Below are positions 48,020 to 59,430 of a DNA stretch of 64,000 bases, piece by piece. The notes under the pieces are model-generated. The model was not told the DNA's origin and did not search any database. It saw nothing but the letters and a program-made list of their open reading frames with translations. How positions within the stretch are numbered: position 1 is the stretch's first letter; each line of letters starts with the position of its first letter. Source of the DNA: an uncultured Prevotella sp. (lineage in GTDB: Bacteria > Bacteroidota > Bacteroidia > Bacteroidales > Bacteroidaceae); contig CAJODF010000014.1 of assembly GCA_905233555.1 (NCBI GenBank), forward strand, positions 4,043 through 68,042, written 5' to 3'. Made by a program: the position numbers and the translations under genes.

Positions 48020-50428
48020 ATGAAATTATCAGAGTTAAAAACAGGCGAAAAGGGTATCATAGTCAAAGTGCTGGGCCATGGTGGTTTCCGCAAGCGTATC
48101 ATTGAGATGGGCTTCATCAAGGGCAAGGAGGTAGAGGTGCTGCTGAATGCCCCCTTGCAGGATCCCGTGAAATACAAACTGATGGGCTATGAGGTAAGCT
48201 TGAGGCACCATGAGGCGGATATGATAGAAGTCGTATCTGCCGATACGCCTATTGAGGCCACCCAATTCGTCATCTCTGAGAATGACCAAATCCATGAAGA
48301 TGACTACGTACGTCATGAAGCCATGAAGGAGCGCCGTACCATCAATGTGGCCCTTGTAGGCAATCCCAACTGTGGCAAGACCTCCCTCTTTAATTATGCC
48401 TCTGGAGCCCACGGCCATGTGGGAAACTATAGTGGTGTGACAATCGATGCTACAGAGGCCCATGCCTCGTTCTTTGGTTATGAGTTCAACCTGACGGACC
48501 TTCCCGGTACCTATTCCCTCTCCTGCTACTCGCCTGAGGAACTCTATGTCAGGGAACACCTGACGGAAAAGATGCCCGACGTGGTGATTAATGTCATCGA
48601 TGCATCTAACCTGGAGCGCAATCTCTACCTGACCACTCAACTCGTAGATATGAACCTGCGCATGGTCTGTGCCCTGAATATGTTCGACGATTTTGAGCGT
48701 CGGGGCGACCATGTGGAAATCGAAACACTCAGCAACCTGTTCGGTATGCCGATGGTACCGACTTCTTTTAAAAGTGGCATGGGTGTCAAGGATTTGTTCC
48801 GTACCGTCATCCAAGTGTATGAAGGAACCAACAAGGCCTCCCGTCACTTCCACATTAACTACGGCCATGAGATAGAGGACGGTATCGCCCACATCCAGAA
48901 ATACCTGAAAGCCGATGAGCATATTACCCAGCACTACTCTACCCGATACCTCGCACTGAAACTCTTGGAGCATGACAGTCAGGTACTCGACTACCTCGGA
49001 AAGCACATGGCCGGAGAACAGCGTATGCAGGACTTCCGTAATCTGACGAATGCCCGTGATAAGGCCTCGGCCCGTGTCAAGGAAGAAACAGGCGACGACT
49101 CTGAGACTGCCATTATGGATGCCAAGTACGGCTTCATCAACGGTGCGTTGAGGGAAGCAGGTTACAAGACCGGCACCAAGGAGGACACTTACAAGACGAC
49201 CCACCTCATCGACGGGGTATTGTCGCACAAGTATCTCGGTTTTCCCATCTTCTTCCTGTTGCTTTACGTGATGTTTGAAACCACTTTCTCCTTGGGGCAG
49301 TACCCGATGGACTGGATAGAAACATTTGTAGCCTGGTTTGGTGATAAACTTACAGTCACCATGCCCGACGGGCCGCTGAAGGCCATGCTGGTTGATGGTG
49401 TCATCGGTGGTGTTGGAAGTGTGATCGTGTTCCTGCCGCAGATCCTGATCCTCTATTTCTTTATCTCGCTAATGGAGGACTCCGGCTATATGGCCCGTGC
49501 CGCCTTCATCATGGATAAACTGATGCATAAGATGGGACTGCACGGCAAATCGTTCATCCCTCTAATCATGGGCTTCGGTTGCAACGTACCAGCCGTAATG
49601 GCCACAAGAACCATTGAGAGTAGGCGTTCCAGAATCATCACGATGATGGTACTACCATTCATGAGTTGTTCGGCACGTCTGCCCATCTATATCATGATTA
49701 CCGGTACATTCTTCTCACTGCAATGCCGTTCATGGGTGATGCTGTCGCTCTATGCCATCGGTATCGCCATGGCTGTGATCGTCAGTAAGATTTTTTCTTC
49801 ACTGGTCATCAAAGGCGAGGATACACCGTTTGTGATGGAACTGCCCCCCTACCGTTGGCCAACGACGAAAGCCATCGGCCGCCATACGTGGGAAAAAGGC
49901 AAGGAATACCTGAAAAAGATGGGAGGCATCATCCTCGTGGCTTCTATCATCGTTTGGGCACTCGGTTACTTCCCACACAATGAGAATCTCCCCCGTGAAC
50001 AACAACAGGAACAAAGTTATATCGGACGGATGGGAAAGACCATAGAACCCATCTTCACACCACAAGGCTTCAATTGGAAACTCGACGTGAGCCTATTAGC
50101 TGGTGTAGGTGCCAAGGAGATTGTTGCCTCTACCATCGGTGTGCTCTATAGTGGTGACGATTCTTTCGGTGATGATGAGGATTTCAGCGATGACTCGGAG
50201 AAATACACCCATCTGCGACAATTGATGTTCAATGAAGGTATCACCCCACTCGCTGCCTACACGTACCTTATATTTATATTACTCTACTTCCCCTGTATTG
50301 CCACCATTGCCGCCATCAAGAATGAGACGGGCTCCTGGCGATGGGCTTGCTTTGCTGCTGTCTATACCACTGTTGTGGCCTGGATTGTAAGTGCAGCAGT
50401 CTATCAAATCGGAGGATTGTTTGCGTAA
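48020..50428 (+). CDS. feoB: Ferrous iron transporter FeoB with an N-terminal FeoA domain
   Basis: FeoA (RKRIIEMGF..G..V...NAPL.DP), G1 GNPNCGKT, DLPG, GFGCNVP, FMSCSARLP, ELPPY, YFPC; -7 box at 47992-47999 places the start at ATG 48020. Confidence 0.96.
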   Translation: MKLSELKTGEKGIIVKVLGHGGFRKRIIEMGFIKGKEVEVLLNAPLQDPVKYKLMGYEVSLRHHEADMIEVVSADTPIEATQFVISENDQIHEDDYVRHEAMKERRTINVALVGNPNCGKTSLFNYASGAHGHVGNYSGVTIDATEAHASFFGYEFNLTDLPGTYSLSCYSPEELYVREHLTEKMPDVVINVIDASNLERNLYLTTQLVDMNLRMVCALNMFDDFERRGDHVEIETLSNLFGMPMVPTSFKSGMGVKDLFRTVIQVYEGTNKASRHFHINYGHEIEDGIAHIQKYLKADEHITQHYSTRYLALKLLEHDSQVLDYLGKHMAGEQRMQDFRNLTNARDKASARVKEETGDDSETAIMDAKYGFINGALREAGYKTGTKEDTYKTTHLIDGVLSHKYLGFPIFFLLLYVMFETTFSLGQYPMDWIETFVAWFGDKLTVTMPDGPLKAMLVDGVIGGVGSVIVFLPQILILYFFISLMEDSGYMARAAFIMDKLMHKMGLHGKSFIPLIMGFGCNVPAVMATRTIESRRSRIITMMVLPFMSCSARLPIYIMITGTFFSLQCRSWVMLSLYAIGIAMAVIVSKIFSSLVIKGEDTPFVMELPPYRWPTTKAIGRHTWEKGKEYLKKMGGIILVASIIVWALGYFPHNENLPREQQQEQSYIGRMGKTIEPIFTPQGFNWKLDVSLLAGVGAKEIVASTIGVLYSGDDSFGDDEDFSDDSEKYTHLRQLMFNEGITPLAAYTYLIFILLYFPCIATIAAIKNETGSWRWACFAAVYTTVVAWIVSAAVYQIGGLFA

Positions 50429-50459
50429 TTCAAATTAAATTCGTAATTTTGCACCCAAT

Positions 50460-51038
50460 ATGGAAAAGATCATATTGGGCATCGATCCCGGCACGAACCT
50501 GATGGGCTACGGTCTGCTGAAAGTCAGCGACGGTAAGGCCCAGATGATGACCATGGGCGTCATCGACCTGCGCAAGTTCCCGGATGCCTACCTGAAACTC
50601 GGACACATCTTCGAACGGGTAACGGGCATCATCGACGGTTACCTGCCTGATGAGATGGCTATCGAGGCTCCGTTCTTCGGCAAGAACGTACAATCGATGC
50701 TGAAACTCGGACGTGCACAGGGTACTGCCATTGCAGCTGCCATCCACCACGGTGTACCCATCCATGAATATGCCCCGATGAAGATCAAGATGGCCCTGAC
50801 AGGCAATGGGGCTGCCTCAAAAGAGCAAGTGGCTGGGATGCTGCAGCGATTGTTGAAGATTCCCAACGAAGAGATGTCGAAATTTATGGATGCCACCGAT
50901 GCCCTCGCTGCCGCCTATTGTCACTACCTGCAAATGGGACGACCAGAGAGTGAGGTGAAATATCGGGGATGGAAGGACTTTATCAACAAAAACCAAGACA
51001 AGGTTTCCAAAAGGAAAATCAAGGATGATGACGATTGA
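50460..51038 (+). CDS. ruvC: Holliday junction resolvase RuvC
   Basis: [38 protein letters not shown]. Confidence 0.97.
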   Translation: MEKIILGIDPGTNLMGYGLLKVSDGKAQMMTMGVIDLRKFPDAYLKLGHIFERVTGIIDGYLPDEMAIEAPFFGKNVQSMLKLGRAQGTAIAAAIHHGVPIHEYAPMKIKMALTGNGAASKEQVAGMLQRLLKIPNEEMSKFMDATDALAAAYCHYLQMGRPESEVKYRGWKDFINKNQDKVSKRKIKDDDD

Positions 51039-52503
51039 GATGGTTAATGCAAAGGCCAGAAAACCAGAATGGTCGATGGCTGAGCCCGTAAATTTCTGCA
51101 TGAAGGAAAACGAGCATATCGCCATTATTGGCAGAAATGGATCAGGAAAATCAATGTTTGTGGATATGATCACTGGACGTCATCCTGCCTTTCCAGATAT
51201 GGTAAAGTATGCCTTCGATGAACCCTACAATAACCTGAAGCACATTACCTTCCGAGACACCTACGGAGGCGATAATGACCGTACCTATTTCCTGCAACAA
51301 CGCTGGAACCAGATGGAGATCGATGAAGAGACGCCCACCGTAGGCAGCAAACTAGAAGAGGCTTATCAATTGGCTGGAGAAGACACACCTGAACGCAGGG
51401 CTTTACAAAAGCATATCTACGAGATCTTTCATTTGGAGCCACTGCTGGATAAGTATATCATATTGTTGTCAAGTGGAGAACTAAGGAAATACAAACTGGC
51501 ATCGTCACTCTTTACCAATCCCAAAGTATTGATCATGGAGAATCCGTTTATCGGACTGGATGCCGAAATCAGAGATCAATTAAAAGAACTCCTTGCGATG
51601 CTTGCCAAGGAACAAGATCTTCAGATTATTCTTGTATTAGCCAAGACCGATGAGATACCTGATTTTATCACACATATCGTCGAGGTAAAAGACATGAAGG
51701 TTCTGCCGAAAGTCGAACGCCCAAGGCACAGCAGGGACGGTTCTTATACGTCTCGCGAAGCATCGACACAAAAGAACCGTCCCTCTGTGTCAGCAGAGGT
51801 CATCCGATTCAACAAGGTCAGCATACGCTACGGAGAAAGGACGATTCTGAAGGATCTCGACTGGACGGTGCATCAGGGCGAGCACTGGTCACTCTCCGGG
51901 CAGAACGGTTCCGGCAAATCTACCCTACTCTCGCTGGTCTGTGCCGACAATCCCCAAAGTTATGCCTGCGACATCTCCCTCTTCGGTCATAAACGAGGTT
52001 CCGGTGAGAGCATCTGGGACATCAAGAAGCACATCGGCTACGTCTCGCCCGAGATGCACCGTAGTTACCGGCAAAACATCCCGTCGATCCAAATTGTGGC
52101 TAGTGGACTCAAGGATACGATTGGTCTATACACAAGGCCTAATGAGGCAGAGAAAGAACAGTGCCGGAAATGGCTCAATGTCTTCGGCATCGGCCATCTG
52201 GAGGAACGTAACTTTATGGAGATGTCGAGTGGCGAACAACGGCTCGTCTTGTTGGCAAGGGCTTTCGTAAAAGAACCTGACCTCTTGATTCTCGATGAAC
52301 CGCTACACGGACTGGACGACTATAACCGAAAGATGGTAAAAGAAATCGTAGATAAGTATTGCGAAGAACCCTCACGAACACTTATCTACGTCACTCATTA
52401 TCAGGAGGAACTACCTCACTGTATAGACCACGCTCTTTATCTGTCTTCCAGCAATGCTGCCGTACGCACCCGGGAAAGTGTTTCGGGTGTCATCTGCAAA
52501 TAA
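51025..52503 (+). CDS. Duplicated-NBD ABC ATPase (ModF-like)
   Basis: GRNGSGKS / LSSGE and GQNGSGKST / MSSGEQR / ILDEP; [18 protein letters not shown]. Confidence 0.88.
   Translation: MMTIEMVNAKARKPEWSMAEPVNFCMKENEHIAIIGRNGSGKSMFVDMITGRHPAFPDMVKYAFDEPYNNLKHITFRDTYGGDNDRTYFLQQRWNQMEIDEETPTVGSKLEEAYQLAGEDTPERRALQKHIYEIFHLEPLLDKYIILLSSGELRKYKLASSLFTNPKVLIMENPFIGLDAEIRDQLKELLAMLAKEQDLQIILVLAKTDEIPDFITHIVEVKDMKVLPKVERPRHSRDGSYTSREASTQKNRPSVSAEVIRFNKVSIRYGERTILKDLDWTVHQGEHWSLSGQNGSGKSTLLSLVCADNPQSYACDISLFGHKRGSGESIWDIKKHIGYVSPEMHRSYRQNIPSIQIVASGLKDTIGLYTRPNEAEKEQCRKWLNVFGIGHLEERNFMEMSSGEQRLVLLARAFVKEPDLLILDEPLHGLDDYNRKMVKEIVDKYCEEPSRTLIYVTHYQEELPHCIDHALYLSSSNAAVRTRESVSGVICK
51726..51791. repeat. 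REP/MITE-like palindromic element inserted in frame in the ModF-like gene
   Basis: AGGGACGGTTCTT (51733-51745) is the exact reverse complement of AAGAACCGTCCCT (51772-51784); the right copy is itself bounded by GACACA...TGTGTC. Confidence 0.75.
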
Positions 52504-53039
52504 CTGGCGATATAGACCAACGGTGCACGAAGCACTAACTGCGGCTGGTTCTTCACCAGTTTCTGGTAACGGTCCTGCGCACTCTCGAAACGTAACATAT
52601 CAGCATGGTGCTGGCTCAATATGAGCGACTCTTCCAGAATCTTACGGAAAAGAATCTGTATGTTCACACTCTTCATGGCCACAGCCTCCAGATCGGCCTT
52701 AGGCATACCAATGATGATGGTCGGTTCCAGCGCCTTGATCTGCAACTGCGACGGCTTCTCACGGAACAAGCTCTCGATGCACATGACAATAGAATTCTCG
52801 GTTGCCATATACTCCGTCAGTTCCTTACCATTTTTATAATAAAACTGGCGGACGAGACCCTTGACCACCCAATAGATGTTCGTACAAGTCTCTCCCTCGC
52901 GAAGAATCATCTCGTTCTTCGCAAACTTCATCGGCACGAGTATGCTCTCCAGCAAATCGAGTTCTTCGTGTGTCATCGTACTGTATCGGCGTGCCAACTC
53001 ACGGGCTACGTCTCTTGTTGTGATACTGATGTTAGGCAT
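52437..53039 (-). CDS. Crp/Fnr-family cyclic-nucleotide-binding transcription regulator
   Basis: [36 protein letters not shown]. Confidence 0.9.
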   Translation of the reverse strand: MPNISITTRDVARELARRYSTMTHEELDLLESILVPMKFAKNEMILREGETCTNIYWVVKGLVRQFYYKNGKELTEYMATENSIVMCIESLFREKPSQLQIKALEPTIIIGMPKADLEAVAMKSVNIQILFRKILEESLILSQHHADMLRFESAQDRYQKLVKNQPQLVLRAPLVYIASYLQMTPETLSRVRTAALLEDR

Positions 53040-53058
53040 AGGTCTTATAAATATGTTA

Positions 53059-54840
53059 TTAGTCCAATTTCAATACAGCAAGGAAGGCTTTCTGAGGCAC
53101 TTCCACATTACCAATCTGTTTCATACGTTTCTTTCCACGTTTCTGCTTCTCCAACAGTTTGCGCTTTCGCGAGACATCACCACCATAGCACTTGGCAGTC
53201 ACATCCTTACGCACCTGCTTCACCGTCTCACGGGCAATGATCTTGGCACCAATGGCTGCCTGAATGGCAATATCGAACTGCTGACGTGGAATCAGTTCCT
53301 TCAGTTTCTCGCACATCCTGCGCCCGAAGGTCACGGCATTATCCTGATGCGTCAGTGTTGACAGGGCATCAACTGGCTCACCGTTGAGAAGAATATCCAA
53401 CTTCGCCAACTTCGATGGACGGAAACCGTCGATATGATAGTCAAACGAGGCATAACCCTTGGAGATAGACTTCAACTTATCGTAGAAATCGATCACTATC
53501 TCACCCAGTGGCAACATGAAATGCAATTCCACACGATTACCTGACACATACTGCTGGTCAATCAGTTCACCACGCTTGTCCAGACAAAGCGTCATGATCG
53601 GTCCAATAAAATCTGCAGCCGTGATAATCGAAGCACGGATATACGGTTCCTCAATATGGTCGATCATCGTCTGGTCAGGCAGTCCGGAAGGGTTATGCAC
53701 CTCCTTCACCTCTCCTTGTTTGGTATAGCACATATAGGATACGTTAGGAACCGTTGTAATGACATCCATATCAAACTCACGGTCCAGACGCTCCTGGATG
53801 ATTTCCATATGCAATAAACCAAGGAATCCACAACGGAAGCCGAAGCCCAAGGCAACGGAACTCTCCGGCGTAAATGTCAGCGAGGCATCGTTGAGTTGCA
53901 GTTTTTCGAGCGAGGCACGGAGATTCTCATAATCCGTCGGATCAATGGGATAGACACCTGCGAACACCATCGGTTTGACTTCCTGGAAGCCTTCGATGGC
54001 CTTATCGCAGGAACGAGCCACATGGGTAATCGTATCACCCACCTTGACTTCCTTCGAATCCTTGATACCACTGATGATATACCCTACATCACCCGTACGC
54101 AACTCCTTACGGGGTATCATATCCATCTTCAAAACCCCGATCTCGTCGGCATCATACTCCATTCCCGTATTGAAGAACTTTACATTGTCTCCCTGGCGGA
54201 TAACGCCATTCACAATCTTGAAGTAGGCAATAATGCCTCGGAAAGAGTTAAACACCGAATCGAAGATCAGGGCCTGAAGAGGAGCCTTCTCATCCCCCTC
54301 GGGATGAGGAATACGTTCTACCACTGCATCAAGCACTTGCTCAATACCCTCACCCGTCTTACCTGAAGCACGAATGATGTCACCACGCTCACAACCAATC
54401 AGATCGACGATCTCATCTTCCACCTCGTCAGGCATGGCAGAGGGCATATCAATCTTATTGATCACTGGGATAATCTCCAGATTATGGTCAATGGCCATAT
54501 AAAGGTTGGAAATCGTCTGTGCCTGTACACCCTGTGTGGCATCCACCACCAAGAGGGCACCCTCGCAGGCAGCAATGGAACGGCTCACTTCGTATGAGAA
54601 ATCCACATGTCCCGGTGTGTCAATCAGATTGAGGATATATTTTTCACCATTGTGCATATACTCCATCTGGATGGCGTGGCTCTTGATGGTAATGCCTCGT
54701 TCACGCTCCAAATCCATGTCATCGAGCATCTGACCCTCGGTGACCTGGATGGTCTTCGTGAATTCCAGCATACGGTCAGCCAAAGTCGATTTGCCGTGAT
54801 CGATATGCGCAATGATACAAAAGTTTCTTATATGATTCAT
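53059..54840 (-). CDS. lepA: Elongation factor 4
   Basis: [55 protein letters not shown]; start ATG 54840, downstream of the -7 box at 54865-54872. Confidence 0.99.
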   Translation of the reverse strand: MNHIRNFCIIAHIDHGKSTLADRMLEFTKTIQVTEGQMLDDMDLERERGITIKSHAIQMEYMHNGEKYILNLIDTPGHVDFSYEVSRSIAACEGALLVVDATQGVQAQTISNLYMAIDHNLEIIPVINKIDMPSAMPDEVEDEIVDLIGCERGDIIRASGKTGEGIEQVLDAVVERIPHPEGDEKAPLQALIFDSVFNSFRGIIAYFKIVNGVIRQGDNVKFFNTGMEYDADEIGVLKMDMIPRKELRTGDVGYIISGIKDSKEVKVGDTITHVARSCDKAIEGFQEVKPMVFAGVYPIDPTDYENLRASLEKLQLNDASLTFTPESSVALGFGFRCGFLGLLHMEIIQERLDREFDMDVITTVPNVSYMCYTKQGEVKEVHNPSGLPDQTMIDHIEEPYIRASIITAADFIGPIMTLCLDKRGELIDQQYVSGNRVELHFMLPLGEIVIDFYDKLKSISKGYASFDYHIDGFRPSKLAKLDILLNGEPVDALSTLTHQDNAVTFGRRMCEKLKELIPRQQFDIAIQAAIGAKIIARETVKQVRKDVTAKCYGGDVSRKRKLLEKQKRGKKRMKQIGNVEVPQKAFLAVLKLD

Positions 54841-54972
54841 TTGTAGTAATCGTCTCTTAGAATGCAAAATTACAAAAATTCCCTCATATTACCAATATTT
54901 TTGCTTTTTTTTGGAGTTTCCACGATGATATTTAATATTTCTGAGTAACTTTGCACCGAAAAAATAGCATTC

Positions 54973-55362
54973 ATGATGAAAAAGGTATTCGTATTTGCCT
55001 GTTTGGCATTATTATTTGCCGCCTGTCAGGAGTCGCTGGAAGACAGGTGTGCCCGTGAGGCCAAAGAGTACACGGCCAAAAATTGTCCTGCGAGAATGGA
55101 TCAGAATATCATCCTGGACAGTCTGACATTCGAGAGGAACACACACACTTTACACTACTATTATCGTCTGACAGGCATCGCCGACAATGAAGAAAAACTG
55201 GATTCTCTCAAGGCCGCCAAAACATTAAAGGACGGACTTAAGAACACTACGGCGATGAAGACCTACAAAGACAACGGCTATAACTTCGCCTACACCTATC
55301 ATTCCGAAAAGGATCCGCAAAAGGTTTTGTTTGAGGCGACCTTCACAGAAAAGGACTATTAA
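54973..55362 (+). CDS. Small hypothetical lipoprotein
   Basis: Lipobox FAAC; own -7 box TAACTTTG at 54946-54953. Confidence 0.75.
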   Translation: MMKKVFVFACLALLFAACQESLEDRCAREAKEYTAKNCPARMDQNIILDSLTFERNTHTLHYYYRLTGIADNEEKLDSLKAAKTLKDGLKNTTAMKTYKDNGYNFAYTYHSEKDPQKVLFEATFTEKDY

Positions 55363-55364
55363 CA

Positions 55365-55392
55365 AGGAAGCCCCCATCGCTGGGGGCTTCCT
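55365..55392. terminator. Bidirectional stem-loop terminator between convergent genes
   Basis: AGGAAGCCCCCA-TCGC-TGGGGGCTTCCT, a perfect 12-bp stem. Confidence 0.85.
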
Positions 55393-55394
55393 GT

Positions 55395-56120
55395 TTATTC
55401 GGGCTGCATGTTCGTATAAACTGTCTGGACGTCGTCGAAGTCCTCCAGTTTCTCCACCATCTTGTCGATGGTCTCACGCTGCTCGGACGTTACTTCCTTC
55501 AGGTCGTTGGGGATACGAGTGAACTCTGCACCAGTTACCTCGAAACCGTTCTCCTCCAGGTGCTTCTGGATAGCACCGAATGAAGAGGGATCACCATAAA
55601 TCGTGATGCTGTTCTCCTCCTCGTCCTCATCATACTCATCCTCTACACCGTAGTCAATCAAGTCAAGAATCATCTCGTCCATATCGAGGTCATCCTTCTT
55701 CTTGAAAGTAAAGACGGCCTTGTGGTCGAAGAGGAAACTCAGTGAACCCTGAGTACCCAGGTTACCATTAAACTTGTTAAAGACTGAACGAACGTCACCT
55801 ACAGTACGGGTGGTGTTGTCCGTCAGCGTCTCCACAAAGATAGCAATACCGTGAGGTCCATATCCCTCATAAGTCACCTCCTTGTAGTCGCTCTGGTCTT
55901 TACCCATAGCGTTCTTGATAGCACGCTCGATGTTGTCCTTCGGCATGTTCTCACGCTTAGCATTGGCGATGATAGCACGCAGTGTAGGATTGTTTTCCGG
56001 CTCCGGACCGCCAGCCTTCACGGCGATAGCGATCTGCTTACCTATCTTTGTAAATGTCTTGGCCATGTGGCCCCATCTCTTCAGCTTCGTAGCCTTACGA
56101 TATTCAAATGCTCTTCCCAT
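55395..56120 (-). CDS. yebC: YebC/PmpR family protein
   Basis: MGRAFEYRK, NMPKDNIERAI, YEGYGPHG, TDNTTRT, DDVQTVYTN. Confidence 0.95.
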   Translation of the reverse strand: MGRAFEYRKATKLKRWGHMAKTFTKIGKQIAIAVKAGGPEPENNPTLRAIIANAKRENMPKDNIERAIKNAMGKDQSDYKEVTYEGYGPHGIAIFVETLTDNTTRTVGDVRSVFNKFNGNLGTQGSLSFLFDHKAVFTFKKKDDLDMDEMILDLIDYGVEDEYDEDEEENSITIYGDPSSFGAIQKHLEENGFEVTGAEFTRIPNDLKEVTSEQRETIDKMVEKLEDFDDVQTVYTNMQPE

Positions 56121-56156
56121 ATTAATTTACTATTTTACGATTTACTATTTACAATT

Positions 56157-58619
56157 TTATCTCAGTTCAGCATTGAGTTGTTTCTTAATGTTGGCAATGA
56201 GTTTCTGCATGATGGCGTCAATCTGCTTGTCACCCATCGTCTTTTCCTCGTCCTGAAGGATGAAGTTCACTGCATACGACTTCTTGCCGGCAGGCAGTTT
56301 GTCACCCTCATAGACATCGAAGAGTTCCACCTTCTTCAGCAGTTTCTTCTCCGTCTGACGGGCAATCTGCTCAATCTGAGCGAACTCCACATTATTATCT
56401 ACGAGCAGGGCAAGGTCACGACTCACGGCTGGGAACTTGGAAATCTCTGTATAGAGCACCTCGTTCTTCTTCGTAGCCTTCATCAGCAGCGTCCAGTTGA
56501 GTTCTGCATAATAGACAGGATTGTCGATACCGAACTGCTTCTGGAGTTTCTTGTTGATGATACCCATCTCAACGAGTTTCTTGCCACCACGATTCTCGAT
56601 GGTGAGTCCGGCAGAGAAGATATCGTTCTCAGACTTCTTGCGAACGGTCATGCCTGGTTTCAGGCCGATACGACGGAGAATATTTTCTACGTATGCACTC
56701 AACTCATAGAAAGTAGAGTCCTCGTTCTGATGAGCCCATGAACCCTCCACACGCTTACCAGTCACCCAAAGACCTGCATGATACTGCTCCTTATAAGCCT
56801 GCATCGGATCATCGTCGTTCTGCTTCTCAGGATCGAAGGTATAAACATTACCAAACTCGAAGAAACGCAGGTTCTGACGCTTACGGTTCACGTTGTGCTG
56901 GATACTCTCCAGACCGCCAAAGAGCAGTGTCTGGCGCATCACGTTCAAGTCCGTTGAGAGCGGATTCATGATCTTCACACAGTTCTCTGCAGGATAAGCA
57001 TTATGACCCTCGTAATAGGCACCCTTGGTCAACGAGTTGTTCAGGATCTCATTGAATCCCTCACCCACCATCTGTTCACTGACGAGGTTGGCCAGTTTAT
57101 GCTTACGGTCCTCCTCGCCCTTGATCACGAGCGAGCCCTTCAACTGGGTTGGAATCTCCACATTATTATATCCGTAGATGCGCAGGATATCTTCCACCAC
57201 ATCGCAAGGACGCTGCACATCCACACGATAGGCCGGAATCTCAAGCGTCAGTCCATCGGCCGACTCATTGAGCACCTTCATCTCAAGCGTCTCACAGATG
57301 TTCTTGATAGTCTCAACTGGGATGGTCTTACCCACGAGCGAGTGAACATACTCATAACTCAACTCCACCACAGGGTTCTTCATCGGCTCGGGATAGACAT
57401 CGCAGATTTCCATCGACACCTTACCGCCAGCCAACTCCTGACAAAGAATTGCTGCCTGCTGGAGGGCATAGATCGTACCATTAGGATCAACACCACGCTC
57501 GAAACGGAACGAAGCATCTGTGCTCAAGCCATGACGACGGGCAGACTTACGGATCCACGTAGGATGGAAATATGCACTCTCCAACACCACATTACGGGTG
57601 GTCTCGTAGGTACCACTACCCTTTCCACCAAATACACCAGCGATACACATGGGGTCTTCTGCATTGCAGATAGCCAGATCACGATCAGAGAGTTTATGTT
57701 CTTCACCGTCGAGCGTTTGGAACGGCGTACCCTCAGACATCGTCTTCACCACGATTTGATGTCCCTTCACCATATCAGCATCAAACGTATGCAGAGGCTG
57801 GCCATAGGCCATCATCACGTAATTGGTAATATCCACAATATTATTGATCGGACGCAGACCGATGGTCGTCAACCTGTTCTTCAACCAGTCGGGACTCTCT
57901 TTCACCTCGCAGTCAGTCACTGAGACGCAAGCATAACGTTTACATGCCTTCTGATTCTCTATCTTTACCTCGATAGGCAGATTGTGATTATCTACTTTGA
58001 ATGCAGAGCAGTCAGGACGATGCAACGAAGTCTTGTAGCCATTCTGCTTCAGCCAGGCATAGAGGTCGCGAGCCACACCCCAATGACTCAGGGCGTCGGC
58101 ACGGTTGGCAGTGATATCCACCTCAATGAGCCAGTCACTCTCCAGATGATAATATTCTGCAGCAGGCGTACCTACCACAGCATCCTCAGGCAGCACGATG
58201 ATGCCAGAGTGATCAGTACCTATGCCGATCTCATCCTCTGCACAGATCATACCGCTAGAATCCACACCACGCAACTTTGACTTCTTAATGACAAACTCCT
58301 GGTCGCCATCATAGAGCACACAACCCAGGTCGGCAACAATCACCTTCTGACCAGCCGCCACGTTGGGAGCTCCACAGACAATCTGCGAGGGCTCGCCCTT
58401 ACCTAAATCCACTGTCGTTACATGTAGATGGTCGCTGTTCGGATGGGCCTCACACGTGAGCACCTTGCCCACATAAAGGCCCTTCAGACCACCTTTAATA
58501 CTCTGTACTTCTTCCAATGCGTCAACTTCGAGACCTGTCGATGTCAGGGCATCACACACCTGCTGGGCCGTCAGGTCGAAATCCACGTATTCCTTCAACC
58601 ATTTGTAGGAAATATTCAT
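56157..58619 (-). CDS. pheT: Phenylalanine-tRNA ligase beta subunit
   Basis: HPNSDHL, IVCGAPNV, ITANRAD, INNIVDITNY, RFERGVD, KFPAVSRDLAL, KKSYA. Confidence 0.98.
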   Translation of the reverse strand: MNISYKWLKEYVDFDLTAQQVCDALTSTGLEVDALEEVQSIKGGLKGLYVGKVLTCEAHPNSDHLHVTTVDLGKGEPSQIVCGAPNVAAGQKVIVADLGCVLYDGDQEFVIKKSKLRGVDSSGMICAEDEIGIGTDHSGIIVLPEDAVVGTPAAEYYHLESDWLIEVDITANRADALSHWGVARDLYAWLKQNGYKTSLHRPDCSAFKVDNHNLPIEVKIENQKACKRYACVSVTDCEVKESPDWLKNRLTTIGLRPINNIVDITNYVMMAYGQPLHTFDADMVKGHQIVVKTMSEGTPFQTLDGEEHKLSDRDLAICNAEDPMCIAGVFGGKGSGTYETTRNVVLESAYFHPTWIRKSARRHGLSTDASFRFERGVDPNGTIYALQQAAILCQELAGGKVSMEICDVYPEPMKNPVVELSYEYVHSLVGKTIPVETIKNICETLEMKVLNESADGLTLEIPAYRVDVQRPCDVVEDILRIYGYNNVEIPTQLKGSLVIKGEEDRKHKLANLVSEQMVGEGFNEILNNSLTKGAYYEGHNAYPAENCVKIMNPLSTDLNVMRQTLLFGGLESIQHNVNRKRQNLRFFEFGNVYTFDPEKQNDDDPMQAYKEQYHAGLWVTGKRVEGSWAHQNEDSTFYELSAYVENILRRIGLKPGMTVRKKSENDIFSAGLTIENRGGKKLVEMGIINKKLQKQFGIDNPVYYAELNWTLLMKATKKNEVLYTEISKFPAVSRDLALLVDNNVEFAQIEQIARQTEKKLLKKVELFDVYEGDKLPAGKKSYAVNFILQDEEKTMGDKQIDAIMQKLIANIKKQLNAELR

Positions 58620-58697
58620 TATACCGATTCTTTAGTAATTATCAGCGTGCAAAGGTACTAAAAAAACGGTATATATCCAAGCAATTTACTCAAAATC

Positions 58698-58729
58698 CTT
58701 TTTACCTTTTTACTTTTTTACTTTTTTAC
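58698..58729. repeat. Octamer tandem repeat (C/T)TTTTTAC x4
   Basis: Read directly, immediately downstream of the Cmk-like gene stop. Confidence 0.85.
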
Positions 58730-58731
58730 CT

Positions 58732-59352
58732 TCATTCAATGCAGTTCATAATGAAGTCAACAGCCCCGTTCACACCAAACGTCCGCACGTCGAGCGAGAT
58801 GTCGTAATTGCGTGCGTCCGTCCAGTCTTTACCCGTAAAAGTCTTCGTGTAGAGTTCACGGCTGTAGTCGTTATCCACCACCATCGCAGCAGCGTCCCTC
58901 AGATCGAGACCATACTTGTCTGCAATACGGCGCTTACGACAATCTTCCGAAGAATGAACGAAGATCTTCAGGGCATTGGGGTGATTCTCAAAGATATGGA
59001 ATCCGCAACGACCAACGATGACACACGACTCGTCTTCTGCAATCTGACGGATGGCCTCCGCCTGTGCCTCAAAGAGTTCGTGCGAGGTCTTGTCGTGCTC
59101 CAGACCGCTGTACTCCGCCCGACTCATATAATTACGGTAGAAATCCGTGAAATCGTCACGCCACAAGGGGTTACGGGCCTCTATCTTCTCTACGGCCTCT
59201 TCCACCACACGGACGCGTTTAGCGACCTCATTCAGAATCTGCTTGTCGAGCAACTTGACACCTAGGCGACGTGCCAACTCTGCTCCAATCTCATGACCGC
59301 CTGTTCCGAACTGACGGCTGATGGTAATGACGAATTGTTCCTCCCTGTTCAT
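58732..59352 (-). CDS. Cytidylate kinase-like family protein
   Basis: VITISRQFGTGGHEIG, SCVIVGRC, W.DARNYD; -7 box at 59385-59392 places the start at ATG 59352. Confidence 0.88.
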   Translation of the reverse strand: MNREEQFVITISRQFGTGGHEIGAELARRLGVKLLDKQILNEVAKRVRVVEEAVEKIEARNPLWRDDFTDFYRNYMSRAEYSGLEHDKTSHELFEAQAEAIRQIAEDESCVIVGRCGFHIFENHPNALKIFVHSSEDCRKRRIADKYGLDLRDAAAMVVDNDYSRELYTKTFTGKDWTDARNYDISLDVRTFGVNGAVDFIMNCIE

Positions 59353-59430
59353 AATGCTTGAATTTTTAGTTATTATTGATGCCACAAAATTACGAAAAAA
59401 AATTGAAACTTCCAAATATTTTTCGCTCTT

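Noticed and set aside
48035-49228. 397-aa antisense ORF within feoB, and similar long antisense ORFs at 15789-16550, 26611-27432, 30427-31422, 55851-56741 and 57003-57923
   Set aside because: They lie opposite well-supported genes, show no recognisable motifs, and are the expected shadow of biased codon usage.
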